This document shows, piece by piece, positions 44,592 through 54,049 of a DNA stretch of 64,000 nt (within the stretch, counting starts at the first letter, position 1; every line of letters starts with the position of its first letter). The DNA is from Escherichia phage phiP4. The stretch is from the sequence record PP993145.1. The stretch is one strand, 5' to 3'. A program made the position numbers and the translations under genes. The notes beneath the pieces were generated by a model. The model did no database searches. It was not told the origin of the DNA and worked only from the letters and a program-made list of their open reading frames with translations.

Positions 44592-45002
44592 ATGACTACT
44601 CCAACTCAGTGGACTGATGAACTGTTCGAAAAAATGTCTTCCGAATACGTTGCTCGTATGGAGCAATTCCCCGAGGATGAACGTCCGGGTGTTAGCATGG
44701 AAATTGTTAGCGAAATTGCCCAGGAAAATGGTGTAACTCCGAACGGTTTTCGTATGAAGCTGACTAAAGCAGGTTTGTATATCAAGAAAGCTGCTGGCTC
44801 CGCTTCTAAATCTAGCGCATCTACTGGAGAAAAAGCTTCTGGTGGTTCTCGTACTTCCAAAGCTCAAGCTCATGCCGATCTTCGTTCAGCATTCTCTGAT
44901 GCTGGCCTAGCACCAGATTTTCTGGATGATGCAATTATCGACAAACTGACCGGTAAAGCGGCCGCTCATCTGGCAGAAGCAATCCGAGCTATCACTAAGT
45001 AA
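44592..45002 (+). CDS. hypothetical protein, probably highly expressed
   Basis: 136 aa; strong RBS, host-optimal codons. Confidence 0.55.
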   Translation: MTTPTQWTDELFEKMSSEYVARMEQFPEDERPGVSMEIVSEIAQENGVTPNGFRMKLTKAGLYIKKAAGSASKSSASTGEKASGGSRTSKAQAHADLRSAFSDAGLAPDFLDDAIIDKLTGKAAAHLAEAIRAITK

Positions 45003-45039
45003 TTTTTAGATAAATCCACCAACAAAAGGAACTACAGTT

Positions 45040-45336
45040 ATGACCAAAGCTGAAATTATCGCACAATGTGAAAAATTTGGTGAGTTTTATCTTCATTACG
45101 AGAAACTTCGTCAGAAAGGAACCACGTACCTTCAGGGTACGATGGAATTTGATCCAGCCCAAGATAAATATCTGGCTGAGCGTATTAAACGTGAACGTAT
45201 TCGTAAAGCGAAAGATGATGAGATCCTTGTCTTCTCTCGTACTAATGATAGCTTCCGTTTTATTCCTGTCGAGAAAGTCCGTCGTGTGACTAGCCTCCAA
45301 TCAGAGTTAGATCGTGCTTCTCCAGTAGGCCGATAA
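45040..45336 (+). CDS. hypothetical protein
   Basis: 98-aa ORF. Confidence 0.45.
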   Translation: MTKAEIIAQCEKFGEFYLHYEKLRQKGTTYLQGTMEFDPAQDKYLAERIKRERIRKAKDDEILVFSRTNDSFRFIPVEKVRRVTSLQSELDRASPVGR

Positions 45337-45345
45337 GAAACCAAT

Positions 45346-45376
45346 TAGCCCCTATATGGGGCTTTTTGTGTATTTG
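45346..45376 (+). terminator. rho-independent terminator
   Basis: Hairpin agcccc-tatat-ggggct followed by TTTTTGTGT. Confidence 0.6.
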
Positions 45377-45386
45377 GGATATGTAA

Positions 45387-45695
45387 ATGAGCGAACAGGT
45401 AAATCAAAACTATGAAGGACACGTTGATGACCAGTCCATCATACTTTGGGAGAAGGAGGGAGAACAAGTAAGATTAACAGTATCTGAATTTCGTGGGAAT
45501 CTATACATGGGTATTCGTTACTGGCTTCTTGATATTAATGATGAATGGTTTCCAACGAAATCTGGCTTCTCTTTTCCTTACACCCTAGAAACAACATCAC
45601 AGCTTTTCTACGCGTTTACACAGATTCTTAGCGAATCTGAGGTTTTGCATGAAGTACAGAAACGAGCTGAAGAACTCAAAGCCAAGAATGCCTAG
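45387..45695 (+). CDS. hypothetical protein
   Basis: 102-aa ORF. Confidence 0.45.
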   Translation: MSEQVNQNYEGHVDDQSIILWEKEGEQVRLTVSEFRGNLYMGIRYWLLDINDEWFPTKSGFSFPYTLETTSQLFYAFTQILSESEVLHEVQKRAEELKAKNA

Positions 45696-45712
45696 TTCTT
45701 GGCTTTTTCTTT
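45681..45712 (+). terminator. rho-independent terminator
   Basis: Hairpin gccaagaa...ttcttggc followed by TTTTTCTTT. Confidence 0.55.
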
Positions 45713-45714
45713 AT

Positions 45715-45760
45715 AAATGTATTTGCTTTCAACTCAGTTTTGTTATATAATATTTATATA
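45715..45760 (+). promoter_or_regulatory. T5-type early promoter
   Basis: TTGCTT (45723-45728), 17-bp spacer, TATAAT (45746-45751). Confidence 0.55.
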
Positions 45761-45782
45761 AATTAATGAGAGATATAAATAA

Positions 45783-46754
45783 ATGACTAATGTAAAAGAA
45801 TTTATTAAACGCTGTCAAGAAGCATATTATCAAGGCATGTCTTTAATCTCTGATGAAGAATATGATCGTCTTATTAAAAGATTCCCACTAGAGGAAGAGA
45901 TTGGGCCTAAGGGTGATATTCCACATCTGTATCGTATGTATTCTTTACAGAAAGTTTATTATAATCGTGGAGATAAACCTCCGTTTAACCCATTAGGTCA
46001 GGTAGAAACTGATAAGTTAGATGGTTGTGCGATTTCTCTGCTATATATTAATGGAGAATTTGTTCAAGCATTAACTCGTGGTAATGGTATTCTAGGGAAT
46101 GATGTCACAAGCAACGTAAGATTGCTGAACATCCCTAAAAAGATCTCCCAAAAAGTACCTACTCAAATCACTGGTGAAGTTCTAATTACAAAAGAAGTAG
46201 AAAATAAACGTAACTTTGCCTCTGGTGCTATTAACCTCAAAGATAGTGATGATTTCGTACAACGTATCGGAGAAGGTGGTTTAATCTTCGTTGCATACGG
46301 TATCCAGTGTTCTGCTGAATCTGTAGGTATTACAGAAGCATATTTAAAAGATATGCTTTGGCTGGAGAATGAGAACTTCTTAACAGTTGTTAATGTGCGT
46401 TCCTTCTTTAAATGGATTCCGACGGACGGTAAAGTTGTTCGTATTAATGATAACAACAAATTCTTTCGTGAAGGCTGGACTAATAAATTTCCTCGTGGCG
46501 CATTCGCTATTAAAGAAGATGAAGAAGGCGAAATTACAACTCTTACTAAAGTTGAATGGCAGGTAGGGGCTTCTGGTAAAGTAACTCCAGTTGGTTATTT
46601 CGAACCGGTAATTATTGATGATGCTACAATTGTTAAAGCGACTCTTAATAACGTTGATTATATTAACTCTCTTGATCTAGAGATCGGTTGCCAGATTCGA
46701 GTAATTCGTGCTGGTGGTGTAATCCCGTGTATAGTAGAGCGAGTATACGATTAA
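45783..46754 (+). CDS. ligA: NAD-dependent DNA ligase, N-terminal portion (adenylation and OB domains)
   Basis: 323 aa; KxDG adenylation motif DKLDGCAISLLY and TRGNGILGNDVTSNV block; ORF ends before the Zn-finger region. Confidence 0.75.
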   Translation: MTNVKEFIKRCQEAYYQGMSLISDEEYDRLIKRFPLEEEIGPKGDIPHLYRMYSLQKVYYNRGDKPPFNPLGQVETDKLDGCAISLLYINGEFVQALTRGNGILGNDVTSNVRLLNIPKKISQKVPTQITGEVLITKEVENKRNFASGAINLKDSDDFVQRIGEGGLIFVAYGIQCSAESVGITEAYLKDMLWLENENFLTVVNVRSFFKWIPTDGKVVRINDNNKFFREGWTNKFPRGAFAIKEDEEGEITTLTKVEWQVGASGKVTPVGYFEPVIIDDATIVKATLNNVDYINSLDLEIGCQIRVIRAGGVIPCIVERVYD

Positions 46755-46799
46755 TACATAACCCTTTGCTACCCATCTACCATATCGGAATTATAAAGT

Positions 46800-46842
46800 G
46801 GTTATTGACATTTTCGCCGCTTAGGTATATACTATTATCATT
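46800..46842 (+). promoter_or_regulatory. sigma70-type promoter inside the ligase gap
   Basis: TTGACA (46805-46810), 17-bp spacer, TATACT (46828-46833). Confidence 0.5.
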
Positions 46843-46889
46843 CAGTTGAGGGATAGAAAGTTATGGCGAGGGTAAGCAAAGTTAGTTAA

Positions 46890-46935
46890 AATTGTAGTTG
46901 CTAAATGCTTAAATACTTGCTATAATATTTATATA
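46890..46935 (+). promoter_or_regulatory. T5-type early promoter inside the ligase gap
   Basis: TTGCTA (46898-46903), 17-bp spacer, TATAAT (46921-46926). Confidence 0.5.
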
Positions 46936-46953
46936 AATTGATAAGGAAGAAAT

Positions 46954-47727
46954 TTGATGAAAATCGAAATTCCAACACAATGTCCCTCTTGTGGTTCTAA
47001 GCTAGATCTTGTCAACGGACAATTATTCTGTCGGAATAAGTCCAACTGTCCAGCGCAATCAAGTAAGTTAATTGAGAACTTCTGTACAAAAATGAAGTTA
47101 AAGGGCTTTGGTCCGAAAACTATTGAGAAGCTGGAGCTGACGAAGATTTCAGAACTATTTTACCTAACCGAAGAAGATTTGGTTAGAGCCGTGGGTAGCA
47201 AGGTTGCCGCTAAGTTAATTAGCGAATTAAATACTAAAGTTCGCGGAGACATTGACTTTGGTTCAGTTCTCGGTTCTTTAGGAATCCCTCTAATCGGAGA
47301 GGTTGCAGCAAAGAAATTATCCCAAAATTGCACTAGCTTCCACGATGTGAAGGCTGACGGCAAGGCTGGAGAAAACTACAAAGCCTGGCTAAATTCCCCA
47401 CAAGGCAAGGATGTTATCGAACTACCGTGGAAATTCTCAACTGGTGCTAAAGCTAAAACCGTCGTTACTGATGATTTAGTTGCCCAGCCAAATGGAATCG
47501 TGGTATGTATTACCGGATCTTTGCAAGATTTTGCAAATCGAACGGATGCAACAAACTATTTAGAAAGTCTAGGATATACGGTTAAGAAATCCGTTACCAA
47601 AGACGTCAAATACCTAATCTGTGAGGATGAATCAAAACGTTCCTCCTCATCTTATAAGAAAGCCGAAACGAATGGGATAGAAATCCTGTCGATTAAAGAA
47701 CTATTGGAGAAAAATAATAATGTCTAA
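46954..47727 (+). CDS. ligA: NAD-dependent DNA ligase, C-terminal portion (Zn finger, HhH, BRCT-like)
   Basis: 257 aa; Cys4 Zn finger CPSCGS...CRNKSNCPAQ directly at the N-terminus as in LigA domain 3. Confidence 0.7.
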   Translation: MMKIEIPTQCPSCGSKLDLVNGQLFCRNKSNCPAQSSKLIENFCTKMKLKGFGPKTIEKLELTKISELFYLTEEDLVRAVGSKVAAKLISELNTKVRGDIDFGSVLGSLGIPLIGEVAAKKLSQNCTSFHDVKADGKAGENYKAWLNSPQGKDVIELPWKFSTGAKAKTVVTDDLVAQPNGIVVCITGSLQDFANRTDATNYLESLGYTVKKSVTKDVKYLICEDESKRSSSSYKKAETNGIEILSIKELLEKNNNV

Positions 47728-48487
47728 ACTGAACTGGAACGTAGAAGGTGTAACCGAGTCTCTGAAAGCAAAAGCCACTGCTCTGGGTGTTGCTGTAATC
47801 TCTCAAGAACAAGTAGCTGCTATCGCTGCTGAACTGGCCGCTGAAACTGGCAAAGATGTTACCGCTCGCTCTGTTGGCTCTAAACTGCGTAAAGAAGGTT
47901 TTGAAGTACAGAAAGCTAATGAAGTACAGAAATCTCCGTGGACTCCTGAGCAGGAAGCTGAACTGGTTGATTTCCTGAACGCTCATGCTGGTCAGTATAC
48001 CTATGCTGAAATCGCTGCTGCTGTAGCTGGTGGTCAGTTCGGTGCTAAGCAGGTACAGGGTAAGATCCTGAGTCTGGAAATGACCGCTTCTGTTAAGCCA
48101 ACCGAAAAAGCTGCTGCTGTTCGTTCCTTCACTCCGGATGAAGAAACTGATTTTGTTAATCAGGTTGTTGCCGGTGCTACTATTGAAGCTATCGCTGCTC
48201 ACTTCGGTCGCAATATTAAGCAGATCCGTGGTAAAGCTCTGAGCCTGCTTCGTGAAGGTCGTATCGCTGCTATGCCGGTACAGGAAACTTCAAGTGCTAA
48301 AACTCGTGAAGATCTGTTAGAAGGTCTGGATCTGGTTAACATGACTGTTGCTGAGATCGCTGAGAAAACTGGTAAGTCTGAGCGTGGTGTTAAATCTATG
48401 CTGTCTCGTCGTGGTCTGGTTGCTAAGGACTATGATGGTGCCGCTAAGCGTGCTAAACTGGATGCAAAAGCTGCGGCTGCTGAATAA
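47720..48487 (+). CDS. abundant repeat-containing protein (possible DNA-binding protein)
   Basis: 255 aa; four internal repeats of an (E/A)IAxxxGxx...K.LSL..G unit; extreme host-optimal codon bias. Confidence 0.55.
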   Translation: MSKLNWNVEGVTESLKAKATALGVAVISQEQVAAIAAELAAETGKDVTARSVGSKLRKEGFEVQKANEVQKSPWTPEQEAELVDFLNAHAGQYTYAEIAAAVAGGQFGAKQVQGKILSLEMTASVKPTEKAAAVRSFTPDEETDFVNQVVAGATIEAIAAHFGRNIKQIRGKALSLLREGRIAAMPVQETSSAKTREDLLEGLDLVNMTVAEIAEKTGKSERGVKSMLSRRGLVAKDYDGAAKRAKLDAKAAAAE

Positions 48488-48503
48488 TCTGGTAAATTAA
48501 ACC

Positions 48504-48540
48504 TAAGGGGAGGGGGCTATGCTCCTTCCCCTTTTTGCAT
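48504..48540 (+). terminator. rho-independent terminator
   Basis: Hairpin aggggaggg...ccttcccct followed by TTTTGC. Confidence 0.5.
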
Positions 48541-48569
48541 TTAGAAGGCACGAAAGCGTGCAAAGGAGA

Positions 48570-50042
48570 ATGACCTTGTTTAACGTGCAAGCTGTAGTGT
48601 TGAAGATGCTTCTAGCTTCCGAACAGAAGCAAATAGCATTGGAAACATTCTCAAAACTGCATAAAGATCATTTTAATGACGCTTTCTCCTCAATTTACCA
48701 AGCCGTCCAGAATTATTATAAAAAATATAACACAATGCCGTCCATTGACGCACTTATGCTTGAAGCTAATAGGAACGCCCGCCTTTCTCAAGCCCTAGTC
48801 GTCTTAGCTAACACTCAAATTCCAGAAGTGAGCATGGAACAGGCACTTGAAGTCCTAGAGGCCGAATATACACAGGATTTATTCCTGAAGCTTCTAGAAA
48901 CAGACGTGCTTCAAGATTTAACAATGCTGGATCAGGGAGAAATTCTCAACCGAGTTGCCTCCCTTCACTTAAAATTAGAAGAGAAAGTAACGAATACTGG
49001 AAAAGTATTCAACGCAGATAACATGCGTATTTTCCAGAGAGAAGAAGATACCAAACTGAACTTAATCGCTCTTGGTATTTGTAATGAGTTCGACGCTCAA
49101 ATTGGTTTAGCTCGCACAGAAACGTTACTGCTTGGTGGTTGGCGTGGTACTGGTAAATCCATTATCTGTTCAAACATACAGGTTCAGCAATATTTGAATG
49201 GGGATATTGCTCCATACTTCTCAATTGAGATGAAAGAACATGAAGTATTTAGACGTAATCTAGCCATGTTAGCTGGTGTATCAGCATTAGCAATGCGTAA
49301 TAATACTCTAGAAGGTGCAGCTCTATTGAGATTAGCCAGAACTAGAGCTAGAATGTTTAATGGGGGTGAAGAGCTTTTCGATAACTTCGTTAAACAGTAT
49401 ACAATGGCTAAGATGAGTGATTTCTACGATATGGAGAGTAAGCTAATAGAAGGGTATGAGCTACATACTCCTATGATTATTGTTTATGACCCTGAGCTGT
49501 CTATTACAACAGTTGACGTAGAATTAAATAAATTAGTTGCTAGATATGGAGATAAAGTTACAGTAGCTTTACTGGACTATATTAACCAAACCCGACTTCC
49601 AGACTCTAAAACCATTGATATGTATGACTGGAAAGAACAGATGGTTGTTAGCTCGTCTTTCAAATCTATCTGCCAGAAACATAACGTGGCTGGTGTAGCT
49701 CCTTACCAGATCGATCAAGATGGTAGAACACGTATGTCAAAGGGGATTCTTGATTCCGCAGACATGGCTGCTAATCTTAATGCTGCAAAAGCTGATAATG
49801 GTCAAGGTGCCATTATGTTTGACTTCGTTAAGACTCGTTCTTCTGATAGCGTGAAGTTTATGCCTAAAATGAACTGGGAAACTCTGCGAATGGATAACAC
49901 TACCAACCTAGCAATGGAAGATATATCTCAAATGGAAGCTGAGTTCGTTATCCCTATTGAGAAGGATAAGCCGGCTCAACCTAAACGTGCTAAGAAAGAC
50001 AAAACTGAAAATTCAACAGGTGAACAGGCCAGCGATATATGA
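48570..50042 (+). CDS. DnaB-like replicative helicase
   Basis: Start at MTLFNVQ after AAGGAGA; RecA-like core with Walker A GWRGTGKS. Confidence 0.65.
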   Translation: MTLFNVQAVVLKMLLASEQKQIALETFSKLHKDHFNDAFSSIYQAVQNYYKKYNTMPSIDALMLEANRNARLSQALVVLANTQIPEVSMEQALEVLEAEYTQDLFLKLLETDVLQDLTMLDQGEILNRVASLHLKLEEKVTNTGKVFNADNMRIFQREEDTKLNLIALGICNEFDAQIGLARTETLLLGGWRGTGKSIICSNIQVQQYLNGDIAPYFSIEMKEHEVFRRNLAMLAGVSALAMRNNTLEGAALLRLARTRARMFNGGEELFDNFVKQYTMAKMSDFYDMESKLIEGYELHTPMIIVYDPELSITTVDVELNKLVARYGDKVTVALLDYINQTRLPDSKTIDMYDWKEQMVVSSSFKSICQKHNVAGVAPYQIDQDGRTRMSKGILDSADMAANLNAAKADNGQGAIMFDFVKTRSSDSVKFMPKMNWETLRMDNTTNLAMEDISQMEAEFVIPIEKDKPAQPKRAKKDKTENSTGEQASDI

Positions 50043-50929
50043 GTAGAATAACAGAACTACTTGATCTGAAAGGCATTGAATATAAAGACACAGGTGGGGA
50101 CATCCTCATCTGTTGTCTCAATCCAGATCATGACGATAAACACCCAAGTTTGCGTATTGATCCTGAAACAGGTATTATGCACTGCTTGAGTTGTGGCTTC
50201 GGTAAAGGTATACCGAGCATTTACCATTATTTTAATGAGACTCAGTACCGACAGTCTCCAAGACTATCGCAGGTACGTAAAAAGATTTCAGAGATTAGGA
50301 ATGGATCTACGAATCTTGCAATTCCTGAATCTGCTTACCTTTTCGAAGGTGATTTCCGAGGTATAAGTTCTAAGACCTTGAAGAAATATTTTGCTTTCCA
50401 ACATCAAGCAGACTGGGAAGGCAGAATTGTATTCCCAATCACAGATGCTGTTGGACGCAATATCCTATTTTTGGGTCGTTCTATAAACAGTTCTGCCCCT
50501 CCTAAATACTTAGTAAAACCAAAACAAGTTTCACCACCGATTTTCCCTGTACGATATAATACTCCAGTTCTTATTCTAGTTGAAGGTATCTTTGATATGC
50601 TGAACCTAGAGGATAATGGTATAGACTATGCTTCTTGCTGCTTTGGTACACATCAGTTTACTTCGGATAACATTGCAGATAAGTTCAGTCCTTATATTAT
50701 TGCTGGTGTAAAAGTTGTTGTTATCTTACTAGATAATGATGCTTCTGGTAATAAAGCTGCACAAGCATTGGCCAAGTTAATTCGTACAAAAACGCGTTTA
50801 ACACCTGTAGTTGCTAACTTTCTTCTGCCCGAAGGCAAAGATCCTGGTGATTTAAACAAAGATGAAATTGATATGTTAGCAAAACGTATTGAAATTTTAG
50901 TTGCTGAATCGCTTAAAGATTTGGTATAA
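50039..50929 (+). CDS. DnaG-like DNA primase
   Basis: 296 aa; CHC2-type Zn finger (C..H..HCLSCG) and Toprim segments LVEGIFDM / LLDNDASG. Confidence 0.8.
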   Translation: MSRITELLDLKGIEYKDTGGDILICCLNPDHDDKHPSLRIDPETGIMHCLSCGFGKGIPSIYHYFNETQYRQSPRLSQVRKKISEIRNGSTNLAIPESAYLFEGDFRGISSKTLKKYFAFQHQADWEGRIVFPITDAVGRNILFLGRSINSSAPPKYLVKPKQVSPPIFPVRYNTPVLILVEGIFDMLNLEDNGIDYASCCFGTHQFTSDNIADKFSPYIIAGVKVVVILLDNDASGNKAAQALAKLIRTKTRLTPVVANFLLPEGKDPGDLNKDEIDMLAKRIEILVAESLKDLV

Positions 50930-50991
50930 TATATTGGTAAGTTAGAGAAGAAACACTGAAGTTATACTTACTTACCAAGAGGAGATTAAAT

Positions 50992-53559
50992 TTGAAAATC
51001 GCAGTAGTTGATAAAGCTCTAAATAACACTCGTTACGATAAACATTTCCAGCTATACGGCGAGGAAGTTGATGTATTCCATATGTGTAATGAGAAGTTAT
51101 CCGGTCGTTTGCTCAAAAAGCATATTACTATCGGGACTCCGGAAAACCCATTTGATCCGAATGATTATGATTTTGTTATACTGGTAGGTGCCGAACCTTT
51201 CCTGTACTTTGCTGGTAAGAAAGGCATTGGTGACTATACTGGTAAACGTGTAGAGTATAATGGATATGCTAACTGGATTGCGAGCATCAGCCCAGCCCAG
51301 TTACACTTCAAACCTGAAATGAAACCAGTTTTCGATGCAACAGTAGAGAATATCCACGATATTATCAATGGTCGTGAGAAGATTGCAAAAGCTGGTGATT
51401 ACCGTCCTATTACTGACCCTGACGAGGCGGAAGAATATATCAAGATGGTGTATAATATGGTTATCGGACCTGTAGCATTTGACTCCGAAACCTCAGCACT
51501 ATACTGTCGAGATGGTTATCTGCTTGGTGTTTCTATGTCTCACCAAGAATATCAGGGTGTATATATCGATTCTGATTGTCTCACAGAGGTTGCAGTATAT
51601 TATCTCCAGAAAATTCTGGATAGTGAAAACCACACTATTGTTTTTCACAACCTGAAGTTTGATATGCACTTTTATAAGTACCATCTGGGACTTACTTTTG
51701 ATAAAGCACATAAAGAACGCAGGCTCCATGATACAATGTTGCAGCATTATGTTCTAGATGAGCGTCGTGGTACTCATGGCTTGAAATCTCTAGCAATGAA
51801 GTATACCGATATGGGTGACTATGATTTTGAACTAGATAAGTTCAAGGAGGATTATTGCAAAGCACATAAAATCAAGAAAGAAGATTTCACCTATGATTTA
51901 ATTCCGTTTGATATTATGTGGCCTTACGCTGCAAAAGATACCGATGCCACCATACGTTTGCACAACTTCTTCTTACCAAAAATTGAGAAGAATGAAAAAC
52001 TTTGCAGTCTGTATTATGATGTTCTAATGCCTGGTTGCGTGTTCCTGCAACGTGTTGAGGATCGTGGTGTACCTATTTCTATTGATCGTTTAAAAGAAGC
52101 TCAGTACCAGTTAACCCATAATCTGAATAAAGCTCGTGAGAAACTGTATACTTATCCAGAAGTCGTTCAGCTAGAGAAAGACCAGAACGAAGCGTTTAAC
52201 CCAAACTCTGTTAAGCAGCTACGTGTTCTTCTGTTTGATTATGTTGGGTTAACTCCAACAGGTAAATTGACAGATACTGGAGCGGACTCTACAGATGCAG
52301 AAGCTCTGAACGAATTGTCTACGCAGCATCCAATTGCTAAGACCCTACTAGAGATTCGTAAGCTGACTAAGCTGATCTCTACTTACGTTGAGAAGATTCT
52401 TCTGAGCATTGATGCTGATGGTTGCATTCGTACTGGCTTCCATGAGCATATGACTACTTCTGGTCGTCTGAGTTCTTCTGGTAAACTGAACCTGCAACAG
52501 TTACCTCGTGATGAATCCATTATCAAGGGTTGTGTAGTAGCCCCTGTAGGATACCGTGTAATTGCATGGGACTTAACAACTGCGGAAGTTTATTATGCTG
52601 CTGTTCTATCTGGTGATAGAAATATGCAACAGGTATTTATCAACATGAGAAATGAACCTGATAAATACCCTGACTTCCACTCTAACATCGCACACATGGT
52701 GTTTAAACTCCAATGCGAGCCTCGTGATGTTAAAAAGTTATTCCCAGCTCTGCGTCAGGCTGCTAAGGCAATTACCTTCGGTATTTTGTATGGTTCTGGC
52801 CCGGCTAAAGTAGCTCATTCTGTTAATGAAGCTCTTCTGGAACAAGCTGCTAAGACAGGTGAACCGTTTGTAGAGTGTACTGTTGCAGATGCTAAAGAGT
52901 ACATTGAAACTTACTTCGGTCAGTTCCCGCAGCTTAAGCGTTGGATTGATAAATGTCATGACCAGATCAAGAATCATGGGTTTATCTATAGTCACTTTGG
53001 TCGTAAACGTCGTCTGCATAATATCCATTCCGAAGACCGTGGTGTTCAGGGTGAAGAAATCCGTTCTGGATTTAACGCAATCATTCAGTCTGCTTCTTCT
53101 GACAGTCTCCTTTTAGGTGCTGTAGATGCAGATAATGAGATCATTTCTCTTGGCCTAGAACAAGAGATGAAGATTGTTATGCTGGTTCATGACTCCGTAG
53201 TTGCTATTGTTCGTGAGGATTTGATCGACCAATACAATGAAATCCTGATTCGTAATATCCAAAAAGACCGTGGTATCAGTATTCCTGGCTGTCCGATTGG
53301 TATTGATTCAGATTCTGAAGCCGGAGGTTCTCGTGACTATTCTTGTGGTAAGATGAAGAAACAGCACCCATCAATCGCTTGTATTGATGATGATGAATAT
53401 ACTCGTTATGTCAAGGGTGTATTACTTGATGCAGAGTTCGAGTATAAGAAACTAGCTGCAATGGATAAAGAGCATCCAGATCATAGCAAATACAAGGATG
53501 ATAAGTTTATTGCTGTATGTAAAGATTTGGATAACGTGAGAAGGATTCTCGGTGCTTGA
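50992..53559 (+). CDS. DNA polymerase, family A, with 3'-5' exonuclease domain
   Basis: 855 aa (TTG start); exo motif FDSETSAL, Pol A motif B RQAAKAITFGILYGSG, motif C LVHDSVV. Confidence 0.95.
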   Translation: MKIAVVDKALNNTRYDKHFQLYGEEVDVFHMCNEKLSGRLLKKHITIGTPENPFDPNDYDFVILVGAEPFLYFAGKKGIGDYTGKRVEYNGYANWIASISPAQLHFKPEMKPVFDATVENIHDIINGREKIAKAGDYRPITDPDEAEEYIKMVYNMVIGPVAFDSETSALYCRDGYLLGVSMSHQEYQGVYIDSDCLTEVAVYYLQKILDSENHTIVFHNLKFDMHFYKYHLGLTFDKAHKERRLHDTMLQHYVLDERRGTHGLKSLAMKYTDMGDYDFELDKFKEDYCKAHKIKKEDFTYDLIPFDIMWPYAAKDTDATIRLHNFFLPKIEKNEKLCSLYYDVLMPGCVFLQRVEDRGVPISIDRLKEAQYQLTHNLNKAREKLYTYPEVVQLEKDQNEAFNPNSVKQLRVLLFDYVGLTPTGKLTDTGADSTDAEALNELSTQHPIAKTLLEIRKLTKLISTYVEKILLSIDADGCIRTGFHEHMTTSGRLSSSGKLNLQQLPRDESIIKGCVVAPVGYRVIAWDLTTAEVYYAAVLSGDRNMQQVFINMRNEPDKYPDFHSNIAHMVFKLQCEPRDVKKLFPALRQAAKAITFGILYGSGPAKVAHSVNEALLEQAAKTGEPFVECTVADAKEYIETYFGQFPQLKRWIDKCHDQIKNHGFIYSHFGRKRRLHNIHSEDRGVQGEEIRSGFNAIIQSASSDSLLLGAVDADNEIISLGLEQEMKIVMLVHDSVVAIVREDLIDQYNEILIRNIQKDRGISIPGCPIGIDSDSEAGGSRDYSCGKMKKQHPSIACIDDDEYTRYVKGVLLDAEFEYKKLAAMDKEHPDHSKYKDDKFIAVCKDLDNVRRILGA

Positions 53560-54049
53560 TTTCAAATTGCCCGTATATGCTTTACGGGCGTTTGTATCAA
53601 TTGAGCAAGAAGGTGATTATTCCGTAATTACAACAAGGTATAATAAATATGTGCTAGATAACAGGAAGTTGCCCGGCACTTTTTCTCAACGTAGGCTTAT
53701 TCTATTTGAGAAACGGAAAGAATTACCATACAAGCTCTACCCTATTAGAGGTAGAATATCAATGTTGTCTCAATTAGTTGGGTCAAAGCGTAGCCAATTT
53801 ATAGATTCTGATGGAAATCTTATTAACTGGAAGAAAACTACGTTCTATGATGTTGTCACCTCTAAAGTTTTGCATTCAGCTAGAATTTATAACGGAAAAT
53901 ACCAATGCTATGTAGCTAAAGTTCCATATCCATTTGTATTATCCTATGTTCCAGCTTATATAAGCTATATTCTGGTAAATAATAGCCCTGTTATTTATCA
54001 AGTCCATCAAGAGGAGCCTGAAATTCCTAGACTTAGAATAAAATTATGA
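53552..54049 (+). CDS. hypothetical protein
   Basis: 165-aa ORF coupled to polymerase gene. Confidence 0.45.
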   Translation: MLDFKLPVYALRAFVSIEQEGDYSVITTRYNKYVLDNRKLPGTFSQRRLILFEKRKELPYKLYPIRGRISMLSQLVGSKRSQFIDSDGNLINWKKTTFYDVVTSKVLHSARIYNGKYQCYVAKVPYPFVLSYVPAYISYILVNNSPVIYQVHQEEPEIPRLRIKL

